Positions 27,089 through 37,426 of a DNA stretch of 64,000 nt are shown here, in pieces. Numbering within the stretch: the first letter of the stretch is position 1; each line of letters begins with the position of its first letter. This stretch comes from Verrucomicrobiia bacterium (GTDB lineage Bacteria > Acidobacteriota > Terriglobia > Acidiferrales > UBA7541), in NCBI GenBank assembly GCA_035571045.1, contig DATMKS010000096.1, positions 65,028-129,027 on the forward strand. The letters run 5' to 3'. The notes under the pieces were generated by a model. That model saw nothing but the letters and a program-made list of their open reading frames with translations. It did no database searches and was not told where the DNA came from. Both the position numbers and the translations under genes were made by a program.

Positions 27089-28929
27089 AGAAAAAGAAGC
27101 AGCAGACCCCACAGGTGATAACCAATGTTGACGCGGCGCTCCAAGTGCAGCCGCACCAGCTCCTGGATCACACCTGGCCGGAAAAGTGATTTATGCTCCG
27201 CCAGCCCCTCTCGCGTCGCATCGAGCAAAAGCTCGCGAAGCGGCCCGCGCAGCCATTCGTGCGCCGGAATATCGAATCCCACCTTCTTGCGCCGCAGAAT
27301 CGTCTCGGGAAGCCTGTTCTTCATCAACTCCTTCAGAACAATTTTCTGCCGCGAGCCTTGTATCTTGAGGGAGGTGGGCAAACTTGCGGAAAATTCCACA
27401 ATGCGGTGATCCAGAAACGGCGGCCGCACTTCCAGCGAGTGCGCCATGCTCATGCGGTCCACCTTGTTCAAAATATCATCCTGGAGAAAATATTTTTGGT
27501 CCCACCAAAGATACGGAGATACTCCATCGTGAGCCGCCGGCGAATCGCGCAATTCCCTAAGAATGCCATCAAGAGAATCGGGCAGTGGAACCGCTGAAAG
27601 CGAACGTACCTCGTCCCCGGAAAAAGTTCCGTTCCAATATACATGGGCTTGTTCAGGTGGCATCAGGCTTCCCGCCAGGAATCGCTTCACCATATATTCC
27701 CGGCTGATCTTGTCGTCCGAAACTGGCCAAAGCCGCGCAAGCCCAAGCCCGGCGCGCAACGTCCACCTCGGCAGCCACCGCATCGGCCGCGCCAGCTGAT
27801 TCGCGCGATACGTCAGGTAGCCGCCAAACAACTCGTCAGCGCCTTCACCGCTCAGAGCGACGGTCACTTCCGTCCTGCTCATTTTCGAGAGAAACCAAAC
27901 CGGCAAAGCCCCTGCATCCGAACTGGGCTCGTCCGAGTAATACGCAAACTCCTCAATCGCCCCCCGCAGATCGGCTCCAGGATTCAGATCGAATTCCTGA
28001 TGATCCGTGCCGTACTGCCTCGCCGCGCTCCGAATGTACGCCGTCTCGTCAAAACTTCTTCCAAGAAAGGAAACAGAAAGTGTTTTGATCGGCCGCGAGG
28101 ACGCTGTTGCTGCATAGTGCAGCGTTGTCGAAGAATCGATGCCGCCGCTCAGCCAAAGTCCGAGCGGCACGTCCGAAAGCATGTGCTCGCGAACCGATTG
28201 CTGCAAAAGTGAATCCAGTTCCTCGCAAGCCGAGCCAAGTGATCGCTGGCGAATCGGCCCCGCCGGCAAACTCCAGTAAGTCTCGACCCGCGTTTTTCCA
28301 TCAACCCATTCAAGCCACTGTCCCGGCGGCAACTTCTCAATACCCTCCACCAGCGTCCACGGGCAAGGGACGTAGTTCAACGAGAGATAGCAATCAAGCC
28401 CCGCAAGGCTCAGTCGACGTTCGAATTCCGGATGAATGAAAATAGTCTTGAGTTCGGAACCAAAAAAAAGGTCTTCCCCGCGCCGCGCCATGTAAAGCGG
28501 TTTGATGCCCATGCGGTCGCGCGCCAGCACGAGCCGCCGCGATGATTTGGTCCACAGCGCAATCGCAAACATGCCCCGCAAACGCGAAAAACACGCTGTA
28601 TCCCACTCAACAAAAGCGTGCAAAACCGTTTCCGTATCGGAATGCGAATGAAACCGGTGCCCCAGCTTCTCCAGCTCGCCGCGCAACTCGAGGTGATTGT
28701 AAATTTCCCCGTTGAAGACAATCGCAGTGTCGCCGTCATCCGTGACAATGGGCTGATCGCCACCCTCTAGATCAATAATCTTCAGTCGCGCCGCGCCCAT
28801 CGATAGGACGCTCGACCGAAACACCCCACGCTGATCAGGCCCGCGATGATGCAGCGTTGCGGTAGCCCGCTCAATGCGCTCTGGTTCTGGCGCCCAATTT
28901 TTATTTGTAAAGCCGGCTATCCCGCACAA
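27004..28929 (-). CDS. asnB: Asparagine synthase (glutamine-hydrolysing)-like amidotransferase
   Basis: TTG start giving N-terminal CGIAG; HRGPD, NGEIYN, RDRMGIKPL, LSGGIDS, LSGEGADELFGGY. Confidence 0.92.
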   Translation of the reverse strand: MCGIAGFTNKNWAPEPERIERATATLHHRGPDQRGVFRSSVLSMGAARLKIIDLEGGDQPIVTDDGDTAIVFNGEIYNHLELRGELEKLGHRFHSHSDTETVLHAFVEWDTACFSRLRGMFAIALWTKSSRRLVLARDRMGIKPLYMARRGEDLFFGSELKTIFIHPEFERRLSLAGLDCYLSLNYVPCPWTLVEGIEKLPPGQWLEWVDGKTRVETYWSLPAGPIRQRSLGSACEELDSLLQQSVREHMLSDVPLGLWLSGGIDSSTTLHYAATASSRPIKTLSVSFLGRSFDETAYIRSAARQYGTDHQEFDLNPGADLRGAIEEFAYYSDEPSSDAGALPVWFLSKMSRTEVTVALSGEGADELFGGYLTYRANQLARPMRWLPRWTLRAGLGLARLWPVSDDKISREYMVKRFLAGSLMPPEQAHVYWNGTFSGDEVRSLSAVPLPDSLDGILRELRDSPAAHDGVSPYLWWDQKYFLQDDILNKVDRMSMAHSLEVRPPFLDHRIVEFSASLPTSLKIQGSRQKIVLKELMKNRLPETILRRKKVGFDIPAHEWLRGPLRELLLDATREGLAEHKSLFRPGVIQELVRLHLERRVNIGYHLWGLLLLFLWMKKWGIQAGPSPAPASWIQEKTGIST

Positions 28930-29039
28930 ATTCGAACACCTCTCGCCAGCCAGCCGGCAAAATCAACCGGCGCTTCCACCGCTTCTTCCCCCGCAGTTCG
29001 TCTTAGAGAACCGATCCTTGCCCTTGCAGGATACATCGC

Positions 29040-29411
29040 TTATCCCAGGGCAACCAGAGCCACTCCCGCACACACTAGCACTACGCCAATCCAGCGCGCC
29101 GCGTTCACCTCTTCACCCAGAATATACTTCGCACCAAATGTTCCGACCACGTAGCTCAGAGCCGAAGCAGGAATCACAAAACTTATCGGCTCCCACGAGA
29201 GCAGCACCAACAGCGCATAAAACGAAAGCGCCATCAGCGGCACGCCCGCCCAGAACCAGCCGTTGCACAGTGCCTTTCCTAAAAAGCGCAGCAACTCCTT
29301 GGGCCGCAGCCGCTCCGGTTCACCCGTCGCCTTCATGCCCAGCGTGATGGCGATCTCTCCGCCCGTGCTCCCAAATATCAGAAAGGAAAGAAACAGCCCG
29401 ACGTGCATCAT
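29040..29411 (-). CDS. Small 4-TM DMT/EamA protein
   Basis: SFVIPASALSY...ILGEEVNAARWIGVVLV. Paralogue of 19316-19690. Confidence 0.85.
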   Translation of the reverse strand: MMHVGLFLSFLIFGSTGGEIAITLGMKATGEPERLRPKELLRFLGKALCNGWFWAGVPLMALSFYALLVLLSWEPISFVIPASALSYVVGTFGAKYILGEEVNAARWIGVVLVCAGVALVALG

Positions 29412-29836
29412 GCCAGCGCCTCTCTAGCCACCGGCGTCGTCCGCGGCCTCGTCTGTCCAACCAGCAGCACGCCCACGCAAATCAGCACTACTCCCACCCA
29501 CCGCCGGGGCGAAACCGCTTCGTGCAAGAACACCACCGCAAAAAAAGTCAGCAAAGCGTAGCCGAACGCCCCCGCAGGCATGACGTAGCTGTAATCCGCC
29601 CAACTCAACACCGTCATATAGCTCAGCATAAATCCGCATAGAAAAAATATGCCGACCCACAAAGTCGCGCTGGTCACCGTCAAGCGAAAAGCGTGCTCCA
29701 GCCCCGCTGCAGACAGCTCTACGGCCCCAATCTGCTGCATACCGCGCTTCAACATCAGGTCTCCGGCGTTTGCGCACACCACCATCGCGCACACCATGAC
29801 CAGCGTTTTTACCCGCAGCCTTCCTTCAGTTGCCAT
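29408..29836 (-). CDS. Small 4-TM DMT/EamA protein
   Basis: LSWADYSYVMPA...FLHEAVSPRRWVGV. Paralogue of 19693-20109. Confidence 0.85.
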   Translation of the reverse strand: MATEGRLRVKTLVMVCAMVVCANAGDLMLKRGMQQIGAVELSAAGLEHAFRLTVTSATLWVGIFFLCGFMLSYMTVLSWADYSYVMPAGAFGYALLTFFAVVFLHEAVSPRRWVGVVLICVGVLLVGQTRPRTTPVAREALA

Positions 29837-29848
29837 TTTGTCTAAGGT

Positions 29849-31351
29849 TTAGTCGTTCCCGGACGCCGACGGTGTCTCCGGCACGGAAATCATGGGCTTC
29901 GTCGCGTCGCCGCCCTGCCGTACCCACTTCCAGCGCTCCGAACGCAGCTTCAGAAAGCTCGTCGCTTCGTGATATAGCCGCTTGCGTTCACTTGAATCCC
30001 ACAACGCCTCGCGCACAATCCGCCACACCACGCGCGGCCGGAAGTAGTACTCATCATAGAAACGGTTCACGCCGGCCATCATCTCAGCCTTCTTGAGATG
30101 CGGATACTCGATGTGCGGCAACTGGTGGCCGCCGGAATCCGCCAGCGCTTCTACCTTCAGAAAACCTTCCTTGGCCATGGCGTCGTGCAGTTCCGTGCCG
30201 GGCATGGCGTGTGCCAGCGAAACCTGAATCGTCTCGCAGTCCAGTTCCTTTGCGAAATCAATCGTCCTGTCGATGGTCTCCTTGGTCTCGCCCGGCAATC
30301 CGATAATAAAATCGCCGTGGACCTTGATTCCCACCTTTTTGCAGTTCTTCATGAACTCGCGCGCCATCTCCACGGTCGCGCCTTTCTTAATGTTCTTCAG
30401 AATTTGCGGGTCGCCGGATTCGAATCCAACGATAAACAGCCGCGCTCCGCCATCCGCCATGGCCTTCAACTCTTCATACTTGCTGTGGCACCGCGCCGTA
30501 CAAGACCACCTGAACTTCAGTGGCTTGAACTTCTGGCTCAACTCGATCGCCCGATCCTTGCGGATATTAAACGTATCGTCGTCGAAGAAAATCTCTTTCA
30601 TCTGCGGAAAATATTCCAGCGTGTTTTTCACTTCCTGGACCACGTTGTCCACGGACCGCACCCGCCACGCATGCCCCGAAACTGTCTGGGGCCACATACA
30701 GAACGTGCACAGCGCCGGGCACCCTCGCGTCGTATAGAACGACACAAAGGGATGCAGCAAGAATGGAACGTTATATTTTTCAATCGTCAGATCCCGCTTA
30801 TACGCGTCTGTCGCAAACGGCAACGCATCCAGTTCCTCAGTATGAAGCTGTGGCCGGGGCGCGTTGTGAACCACCTTGCCTTCTTTGCGGTAGCTCACAC
30901 CCATGATCTGCTCGATCGGCTTCCCGTGCGCGTACTCCGCCACCGAGTGATCAAATTCCCCGCGCGTCACAAAATCAATGTCCTGGCTGGCAAACAGCGT
31001 CTCGTCCGGCTTGATGTGCACGTGCGGCCCGACGAATGCAATCTTCAGCCCAGGATTGCTTTCCTTGATTTTCCGGATCAGCTTGATGTCGCTATGGAAT
31101 CCAACGGTCGACGTGTACAACACCAAAAATTCGTAGTCCTTGCAGATTTCAATCGTCTGCTGCCAGTTCACCTTGTGCGGCGAAGCATCGAGCAAACGGC
31201 TTCCCGGGATCAATCCGGCGGGGTAAGACAGCCAAACTGGGTACCAATACGACTCAATCTCTCGCGTCGCAGGCCACCGCGAACTAGCTCCGCCGTCGAA
31301 ATTCTCAAAACTTGGCGGATTCAACAGCAAAGTCTTCATTACATCCGGCAT
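29849..31351 (-). CDS. hpnJ: Hopanoid-associated radical SAM protein HpnJ
   Basis: MKTLLLNPPSFENFDGGASSRWPATREIESYWYP N-terminus; CxxxCxxC in RGCPALCTFC; FFDDDTF. Confidence 0.92.
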   Translation of the reverse strand: MPDVMKTLLLNPPSFENFDGGASSRWPATREIESYWYPVWLSYPAGLIPGSRLLDASPHKVNWQQTIEICKDYEFLVLYTSTVGFHSDIKLIRKIKESNPGLKIAFVGPHVHIKPDETLFASQDIDFVTRGEFDHSVAEYAHGKPIEQIMGVSYRKEGKVVHNAPRPQLHTEELDALPFATDAYKRDLTIEKYNVPFLLHPFVSFYTTRGCPALCTFCMWPQTVSGHAWRVRSVDNVVQEVKNTLEYFPQMKEIFFDDDTFNIRKDRAIELSQKFKPLKFRWSCTARCHSKYEELKAMADGGARLFIVGFESGDPQILKNIKKGATVEMAREFMKNCKKVGIKVHGDFIIGLPGETKETIDRTIDFAKELDCETIQVSLAHAMPGTELHDAMAKEGFLKVEALADSGGHQLPHIEYPHLKKAEMMAGVNRFYDEYYFRPRVVWRIVREALWDSSERKRLYHEATSFLKLRSERWKWVRQGGDATKPMISVPETPSASGND

Positions 31352-31636
31352 TCTTCACCCTCAGTTTTTCGTATCCCGGCGCAATTCTGTAATTTTTCCC
31401 TGTTCCCGAACCTGGGTTATCTTCGCCCCGGCCGAGCTTCTGATCTATTCGAAAGGCCTCTACACCTAGATAACAGTTTACCTGACTTGGTTGCATACGC
31501 TCAATTCTTTCTCGAAAAGAAGCCTTTTCTGCATCAAAACACTAACGGCGGCCATTGGCCAAATTCCTCAAAAAGACCGCAGGGAAAAACCGTCCGGTTA
31601 TCCCCAATTTGATTCAATTCAACTGTCCGATCCCGG

Positions 31637-31664
31637 TTGACTATTTACCGCTTCGTAATATACT
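31637..31664 (+). promoter_or_regulatory. Putative sigma-70 promoter of the receiver gene
   Basis: TTGACT-N16-TATACT. Confidence 0.5.
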
Positions 31665-31714
31665 CTTGCCTGGCTCTTTATTTTTCACGGCCCGTCCGGG
31701 GAACTGAGGTTGCG

Positions 31715-32116
31715 ATGCGAGCTTCGCCCGCTCAAGCCGCCCTTCATCCTGTCGTTCTCGTCGTCGAGGACCTGGAATCTCTTCGCCTTTCCATCCAACA
31801 AATTCTCGAGGATGCCGATTTTCTGGTCCTGCCGGCGGCGAACGCCAATCAAGCGTTGGAACTGGCTCAATCCTGCGCCGGCCCCATCCATCTGCTGATC
31901 ACCACGCTGCACCCTGGCGGAATGCCGGGGCCAGACTTGGCTATATGCTTGCGCAAGCGTTCGCCGGAAATGAGTGTCCTCTACAGCTCCGCCAATCCGT
32001 TGGCAGCCCTCGAGATTCCGGACCCTGCCGAAGTGATCTCTTCTATGTTACCCAGACCCTTCAGCAGAACAACCCTGCTTAGCCGCATCAATGCACTCCT
32101 AGCCGCGCAAATTTGA
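31715..32116 (+). CDS. Stand-alone atypical response-regulator receiver
   Basis: VLVVED...IHLLITT...MPG...LPRPF. Phospho-Asp position is Thr and the KPF Lys is Arg. Confidence 0.8.
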   Translation: MRASPAQAALHPVVLVVEDLESLRLSIQQILEDADFLVLPAANANQALELAQSCAGPIHLLITTLHPGGMPGPDLAICLRKRSPEMSVLYSSANPLAALEIPDPAEVISSMLPRPFSRTTLLSRINALLAAQI

Positions 32117-32234
32117 CGAACAGAGCGGCGGCCGACATCGTCAAAAGCTCTTTCTGGCTGGAACCCCCTCCGCGTGGCCGCTCACAAACCGATCGACACA
32201 ACCAAACTGGCCACTTCCGCTCCTCGAGGCCTAT

Positions 32235-33620
32235 TCACCGAGCGCGCAGAGTGTGCACCCCCTCGCCGCCCAGAACTTCCGAACTTGCCGCCGAAAGCTC
32301 ATCCCAGATTCGCGGGATCCACTCCAGATGCTCCGGTTTCATGAGCACCGATCGCAAGCAGGTCATCGTTTCGCGATCCCGCTGCATCGTCCCCAGATTT
32401 GTCGCCCAAAACTCTGTCGGCAAGTCCGCCACCGCGAGGTGTAAGTTTCGCTTTGCGGCAGCCTCGAATATCCGCCGCGAGAGCCCGGAAGCCTCGCTGA
32501 CGCTTTTCGCCCGTGGTACGAAGATCACGATGTCCAGCTCCGGGGCAAACGCCGTCACGAACCGCTCATCTTTCTTGAGCCTCTCGAAGAAAGCCAGTGC
32601 CGCCTCTCGGCCACGTTCCAACCCGCTCGCGAATTCTCCGCCGCGGACCAGCGGCAAAAGTCTTTGCGTCGTCCATAGCGCCGCAGCCGCCGCGCCCGGT
32701 CGCGAACATTCCAGGCTGATCTCCCCCAAATGCAGTTCGGCGGAACTGAAATAAGTGTACGGAGAATCGTGTTTGTAAAAACGTCCAGCCGAGGGATCGC
32801 GAAACAAAACGCAGCCGCAACCATACGGCTGCAATCCATGTTTGTGCGGATCGATAACGATGGAATCCGCCTCGCCGATTCCGGCAAAGCTAAGCGTGGC
32901 CTCTTCCCCTAGATTTGCGGCAAGCCCAAAATACCCGCCGTAAGCGGCATCCGCATGAACTCGAAACCCGTGCTTCGCGCGCAAAGCAAGAATCTCTGGC
33001 AGTGGATCGACAGACCCTGTCGCCGTCGTGCCGATCGTGGCAACCACCGTCCCTACGTCGCCGCGTGCCACCCGCTCTGCCAGCGCGTTCATATCCATTC
33101 GTCCTTTTCGATCGCAGGCTACGCTCTCGCATTGCAATTGCAACACCGCGCTGATCCGCTTGTGGGTATAGTGCGCCTGCTCGCTCGCCAAAATCTTCTT
33201 CCCTGGCTGCACTTGCGAAGCCACCCAAAGCGCTTCGAGATTCGCCATCGTCCCGCCGCCGCACAAATGCCCAAGAGACTCTTTCCACCCGAACATGGCC
33301 GCTATTTCCGCGACCGCTTCCTTCTCCATCGCCGAGGTCGAGCGCCCTCCGTCGAGCGCATGATTGTTGGGATTGATCCACATCGCCAGCGCATAAGCCA
33401 GCCGCGCTACCGGATGCGGCGGCTTGAGCATCTGCCCCGCATACAAAGGATGAAAATAAGGATAGTTGTCCTGCAGCCGCTCCGCGGTCGCCGCCAACGC
33501 CCCGGCGATCCCCACGCCGCCTGGCGTCTTCGATTCGAATGCAGGCAATCCAGCGAAGCCCGCGTCCAGCTTTCTTGCAGCTTCCAAAAATACTTCCAAA
33601 CTTTTCTGTTCTAGCTGCAC
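32235..33620 (-). CDS. Group II PLP-dependent amino-acid decarboxylase
   Basis: GGGTMAN, AHYT, GTTATGSVD, HADAAYGG, IDPHKHG. Confidence 0.9.
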   Translation of the reverse strand: MQLEQKSLEVFLEAARKLDAGFAGLPAFESKTPGGVGIAGALAATAERLQDNYPYFHPLYAGQMLKPPHPVARLAYALAMWINPNNHALDGGRSTSAMEKEAVAEIAAMFGWKESLGHLCGGGTMANLEALWVASQVQPGKKILASEQAHYTHKRISAVLQLQCESVACDRKGRMDMNALAERVARGDVGTVVATIGTTATGSVDPLPEILALRAKHGFRVHADAAYGGYFGLAANLGEEATLSFAGIGEADSIVIDPHKHGLQPYGCGCVLFRDPSAGRFYKHDSPYTYFSSAELHLGEISLECSRPGAAAAALWTTQRLLPLVRGGEFASGLERGREAALAFFERLKKDERFVTAFAPELDIVIFVPRAKSVSEASGLSRRIFEAAAKRNLHLAVADLPTEFWATNLGTMQRDRETMTCLRSVLMKPEHLEWIPRIWDELSAASSEVLGGEGVHTLRAR

Positions 33621-33654
33621 CAGTCACCACTCACGCGTCACCAGTCACTTCTCA
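33620..33654. repeat. Five degenerate tandem 7-mers (CNNNTCA)
   Basis: CCAGTCA CCACTCA CGCGTCA CCAGTCA CTTCTCA fill the tolC-decarboxylase spacer. Confidence 0.75.
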
Positions 33655-35043
33655 CTGCCACACCTTATCCAACTCCCCGGCCGTCCTCAGCAAATCCAGC
33701 TGCGCCTGTTGCCGCTGGAAATTCGCATCCAGAAAAGCCATCCATTTTTCATTCTCATCGAGCCGCGCTCTTTCCAGTTCGCGCAAATTCACTTTCCCCT
33801 CGGTGTACTGTGTTTGCAGCACTCCGATATTCTGCTGCGCCAGTTGCAGCTCCAGCCGCGCCACTTCTTTCGCCGCGTCCCGTTCCCGCAAGTGCCTCGT
33901 CTTCTGCCGCACTTCCGCGCCCACCTGTGTCTTCTTGCTCGCAAGCGTCGCTTGCGACGCTTGCAAATTTATCTGCGCCAGCCCGATGTCCTCTCTCGTT
34001 TTCGCGCTGAACAGGGGCACTTGCACCTGCACGCCCGCGTTGAAATTGTTCCTCTGAAATTTCTTGTAGAACTCGCTGTAATTGTTGAAGCTCGCCAGCA
34101 AACTGTACGTGCTGACCGCTTCAATTGTCGGCAAATTCCCCCTCTTCTCCCCTTTCAACCGAAACTCTTTCGCGCGCACGTCCGACTCCGCCAGCATCAG
34201 CCCTGCATTGTTATGCATCGCCATGGCCACCAGATTTGCGCCTTCCTGTTCCGCTTCCCCAGGCAATTCTTCCGGCGTGACTTCGATGGCCTGCTCCTGC
34301 TCCAGCCCTAGCTGCCCCTGCAAGAAAACTTCCAGCTCGTCTTCCCTCCCTTCGAGCTGCAGAATCCTTTGCGTCACCTGCGCTTTCGTCAACTCCGCTT
34401 TGGTTACTTCCACCGGCAGCTCGTACCCTTCTCCCTGCCGCTCTTCTGTCACCTGCAAAATCTTATCCGCGCTCTCTTGCTCCGCACGCAGCAGTTCCAG
34501 CGAGTGCCGCACTTTGCCCAGCTCCAGATAGGCCATCGCCGTCCGCAGGATTACGCCGTTTTTCACATCCTCCAGTACGATTCTCTGCGATCGCGCTTGC
34601 TCTTCCAGCTCTTTCCCCTGTCCCTTCAGCGGTTCGTTATAAACCTGTTCCGTGTATGTGAAATTGAAGAGCGATGGCGCACGTCCACCTGGCGTCTCAG
34701 GAATACCGTAGGTATACCCGGCTCCCGATCCCGCGTAGAGATTCGGCAAGAACTCCGCTTTGCTCACCTGTGACGCATGTTCCGCAACGCTCGCTTGCAG
34801 TTTTGCAACTTGAATGTCCTTGCTGTTCCTCAGCGCCATTTCAATCGCGCTCTTCAGCGTCAGTGCCACGGGCACGCCTTGGCCTTGTGGCGCTCCCACC
34901 GCCGCGGAAGTCCCTGCAGGTTGCGCCGCAGCCGGCGCCTGCAGTACAGCCGCCGTCTGGGCGCTCGCCGCCCCACCCGCAAGCAACGCCCCCAATCCCA
35001 GCGCAAGCGCCACTCCAGTCACCGCTGCAAGTGTTTTTCGCAT
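33652..35043 (-). CDS. TolC-family outer-membrane efflux protein
   Basis: Signal peptide, LTLKSAIEMALRNS, two coiled-coil repeats, QVPLF. Confidence 0.88.
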   Translation of the reverse strand: MRKTLAAVTGVALALGLGALLAGGAASAQTAAVLQAPAAAQPAGTSAAVGAPQGQGVPVALTLKSAIEMALRNSKDIQVAKLQASVAEHASQVSKAEFLPNLYAGSGAGYTYGIPETPGGRAPSLFNFTYTEQVYNEPLKGQGKELEEQARSQRIVLEDVKNGVILRTAMAYLELGKVRHSLELLRAEQESADKILQVTEERQGEGYELPVEVTKAELTKAQVTQRILQLEGREDELEVFLQGQLGLEQEQAIEVTPEELPGEAEQEGANLVAMAMHNNAGLMLAESDVRAKEFRLKGEKRGNLPTIEAVSTYSLLASFNNYSEFYKKFQRNNFNAGVQVQVPLFSAKTREDIGLAQINLQASQATLASKKTQVGAEVRQKTRHLRERDAAKEVARLELQLAQQNIGVLQTQYTEGKVNLRELERARLDENEKWMAFLDANFQRQQAQLDLLRTAGELDKVWQ

Positions 35044-35102
35044 TCCTGCTCCTCCTCCACAAAACTCACGATTCGGTATCACGCGAGAGAGACGGCACCA
35101 CT

Positions 35103-36305
35103 TCACTCATACCGCAACGACTCAATCGGCTGCAGCTTCGCCGCCTGATTCGCCGGCAAATATCCAAAAAACAATCCCGTCGAGCAAGACACCACAAACG
35201 CCAGCACTACGCTCAACGGCGACACCGGCACGCGCAGATTCCCAGGAAGAAACATTTGAGCGACCGCCGGCACCAACAGCCCAATCAAAATCCCCAGCAC
35301 CGCCCCTCCTCCACTAATCAAAAACGCCTCCGTCAAAAATTGATACATGATCTCTTTGCGCGCCGCCCCAATGGCCTTGCGAATCCCGATCTCTCTCGTC
35401 CGCTCCGTCACCGTCACCAGCATGATATTCATAATCCCGATCCCGCTGATCACCAGTGCAATGAACGCAATCACGATAAGTACAATCGTCAGCGCCAGCG
35501 AAATGTCGCGTGCCGCCGTCAAAATCGAAGTCAGAGTCTGTACGTGATATTCCGCGCTGCTCGGATGCCGGCTCTGCAGCAATTCCGACAACTGCCGCTG
35601 CACTCTCGGCACAGACTCCGGAGTCGCCGCTTGCACGTCCAGCACCTTCAGCGTATTCAGCCCCGTGTAATACTTGATTAGCCCAAATGGTATTAGGACC
35701 GTTTCTGTCTGAATGTCGGACAGCCCGAAAGTCTCCACTCGCTCGTTGAACACGCCGATGATCGTGAAGATCAGTTCTCCCACGTGCAATTCGCGCCCCA
35801 CTGGGTTGTCCTGGCCGAAAAGCCGTTTGGCGAGTTGCGGTGTGATGACGCACGTCTTGCTTCTCGTTTCCATGTCCAGAGCATCGAGATAACGCCCGCG
35901 CAAGACGACCAGCCGGCGAATCTCCTGATACCCCATCGTTACTCCAATCAACGTAACCGGCCGGACCACGCCTTGGGCCACTACGGACATTTGGATGTCG
36001 CTCGTTCCGGCCGCTTGCACCGCTTCCGGTATTACGTTTTTGACCGCATCCAAGTCGTCCAGCGTCAGTTCATAGCTCAGCGGCTGGGCCTTCTCCGAGC
36101 TTCGGACCAGCTCCACCCAAACCACGTTCGAGCCCACCGCTTCAATCTTTGAAATGACAAATTTCTTGCTGGTCAGCGCCACCGTCACCACCAGCACGAT
36201 CGACGCGCTTCCGATAATCACGCCCAGGGAGGTGAGCATCGCCCGCAGCTTATTGGCTCGCAGCGCGTCGATCGATACCGACAGCGTTTCTTTCAAATCC
36301 ATCAT
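35103..36305 (-). CDS. MacB/FtsX-type ABC permease
   Basis: NKLRAMLTSLGVIIG; GIGIMNIMLVTVTERTREIGIRKAIGA; PIESLRYE. Confidence 0.93.
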   Translation of the reverse strand: MMDLKETLSVSIDALRANKLRAMLTSLGVIIGSASIVLVVTVALTSKKFVISKIEAVGSNVVWVELVRSSEKAQPLSYELTLDDLDAVKNVIPEAVQAAGTSDIQMSVVAQGVVRPVTLIGVTMGYQEIRRLVVLRGRYLDALDMETRSKTCVITPQLAKRLFGQDNPVGRELHVGELIFTIIGVFNERVETFGLSDIQTETVLIPFGLIKYYTGLNTLKVLDVQAATPESVPRVQRQLSELLQSRHPSSAEYHVQTLTSILTAARDISLALTIVLIVIAFIALVISGIGIMNIMLVTVTERTREIGIRKAIGAARKEIMYQFLTEAFLISGGGAVLGILIGLLVPAVAQMFLPGNLRVPVSPLSVVLAFVVSCSTGLFFGYLPANQAAKLQPIESLRYE

Positions 36306-36412
36306 GAGGGTTTGCTCGACTCGGTATAACTCTTCCCGCTTTTATTCACCCAGATCCGCCGAAGCCGTCCGCGCTGAAAAAAATCTCAACCGTCGCTACT
36401 CCCAGCTTCTGT

Positions 36413-37426
36413 TCAGTCCTTCTCGACTCGCTTCAGCGATTCCCGCACGCTTTTGTCTTTCGGATCCAGCTGCAGTGCCGCCTGATATTCTTTCTCCGCC
36501 GATTTCCTGTCGCCCTTGTCCTCATAGAGCCGGCCCAGCCATTCGTGCGCCGTCGCATATCGCGGGTAGCCCATTCGCTTCGGCGCCTTTTGCATGTATT
36601 CCCGCAGAATCCTCTCCGCCTCTTCCGGCTTCTCCTTCTTGAGGATCAATCCCACCGCTCGATAAAACATTCCGCACGGATCTGACGGAGCTACTTGCGC
36701 TCCTATATCGCCCACCTCGATCAATCGCTCCGCCTGGCTGTGTCTCATCGCGTAATCGCCAATGTCGAAAATCAGCTCGGCTCTCTTCGGATGGCTTTCC
36801 AGCGCCAGCTGAAACTCCGCATCCGCTGTCACAAACTCTTTTTTCTGTCGCCGGCAATTCCCCACCGAGTAATGCCATTCCGAAGCATCCATGGACTTCA
36901 GTTTTTCGAATTCCGGCCTCGCCTTCTCCTCGCCGCCACCCACCATTCCCGGAGCTGCGCAATCAAATTCGATCAGCGCCTGCCGCGCCGAAAAATTCTT
37001 TTCGTCCAGCTCCACGGCAACCTCGAATTCCCTGTGTGTCTTCCTCGCCAGCCCGAGCGCCGAAAACATCGAGGTATGGTCCGCTTTCTCCCCGTAAGCC
37101 CTTCCCAGCCATTCGTGATACACCGAACTCTTCGGATCGATGGCCACCGCCCGCTCCGCACTGTTGATCGCTGCGTCGCGCTCCTGCAACTCCAAATAGG
37201 ACTTCGTCAGCAGCAGCTGTATTTCGCCGTTCTGTGGTTCTTTCGCCGCCGCCCCCTGCAGCTCCATTACGGCTTTCGCATAATCGCTGCTTTCGTAGGC
37301 TCGCCTCCCTGCCTCCATCGAGTCTTTCTGCTTCAAGCTCGCCAAACCGCTCGTCGTGCTTGCCAGCAACACCGCCAGAACCACCCACCGTCTTGTCCGC
37401 TCCCGTTTCTCTGGTCTACGATGCAT
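36413..37426 (-). CDS. Secreted TPR protein
   Basis: Signal/TM segment followed by TPR-like repeats (AVAIDPK, ALQLDPK). Confidence 0.85.
   Translation of the reverse strand: MHRRPEKRERTRRWVVLAVLLASTTSGLASLKQKDSMEAGRRAYESSDYAKAVMELQGAAAKEPQNGEIQLLLTKSYLELQERDAAINSAERAVAIDPKSSVYHEWLGRAYGEKADHTSMFSALGLARKTHREFEVAVELDEKNFSARQALIEFDCAAPGMVGGGEEKARPEFEKLKSMDASEWHYSVGNCRRQKKEFVTADAEFQLALESHPKRAELIFDIGDYAMRHSQAERLIEVGDIGAQVAPSDPCGMFYRAVGLILKKEKPEEAERILREYMQKAPKRMGYPRYATAHEWLGRLYEDKGDRKSAEKEYQAALQLDPKDKSVRESLKRVEKD

Noticed and set aside
30098-31612. 504-aa plus-strand ORF
   Set aside because: Antisense shadow of hpnJ.
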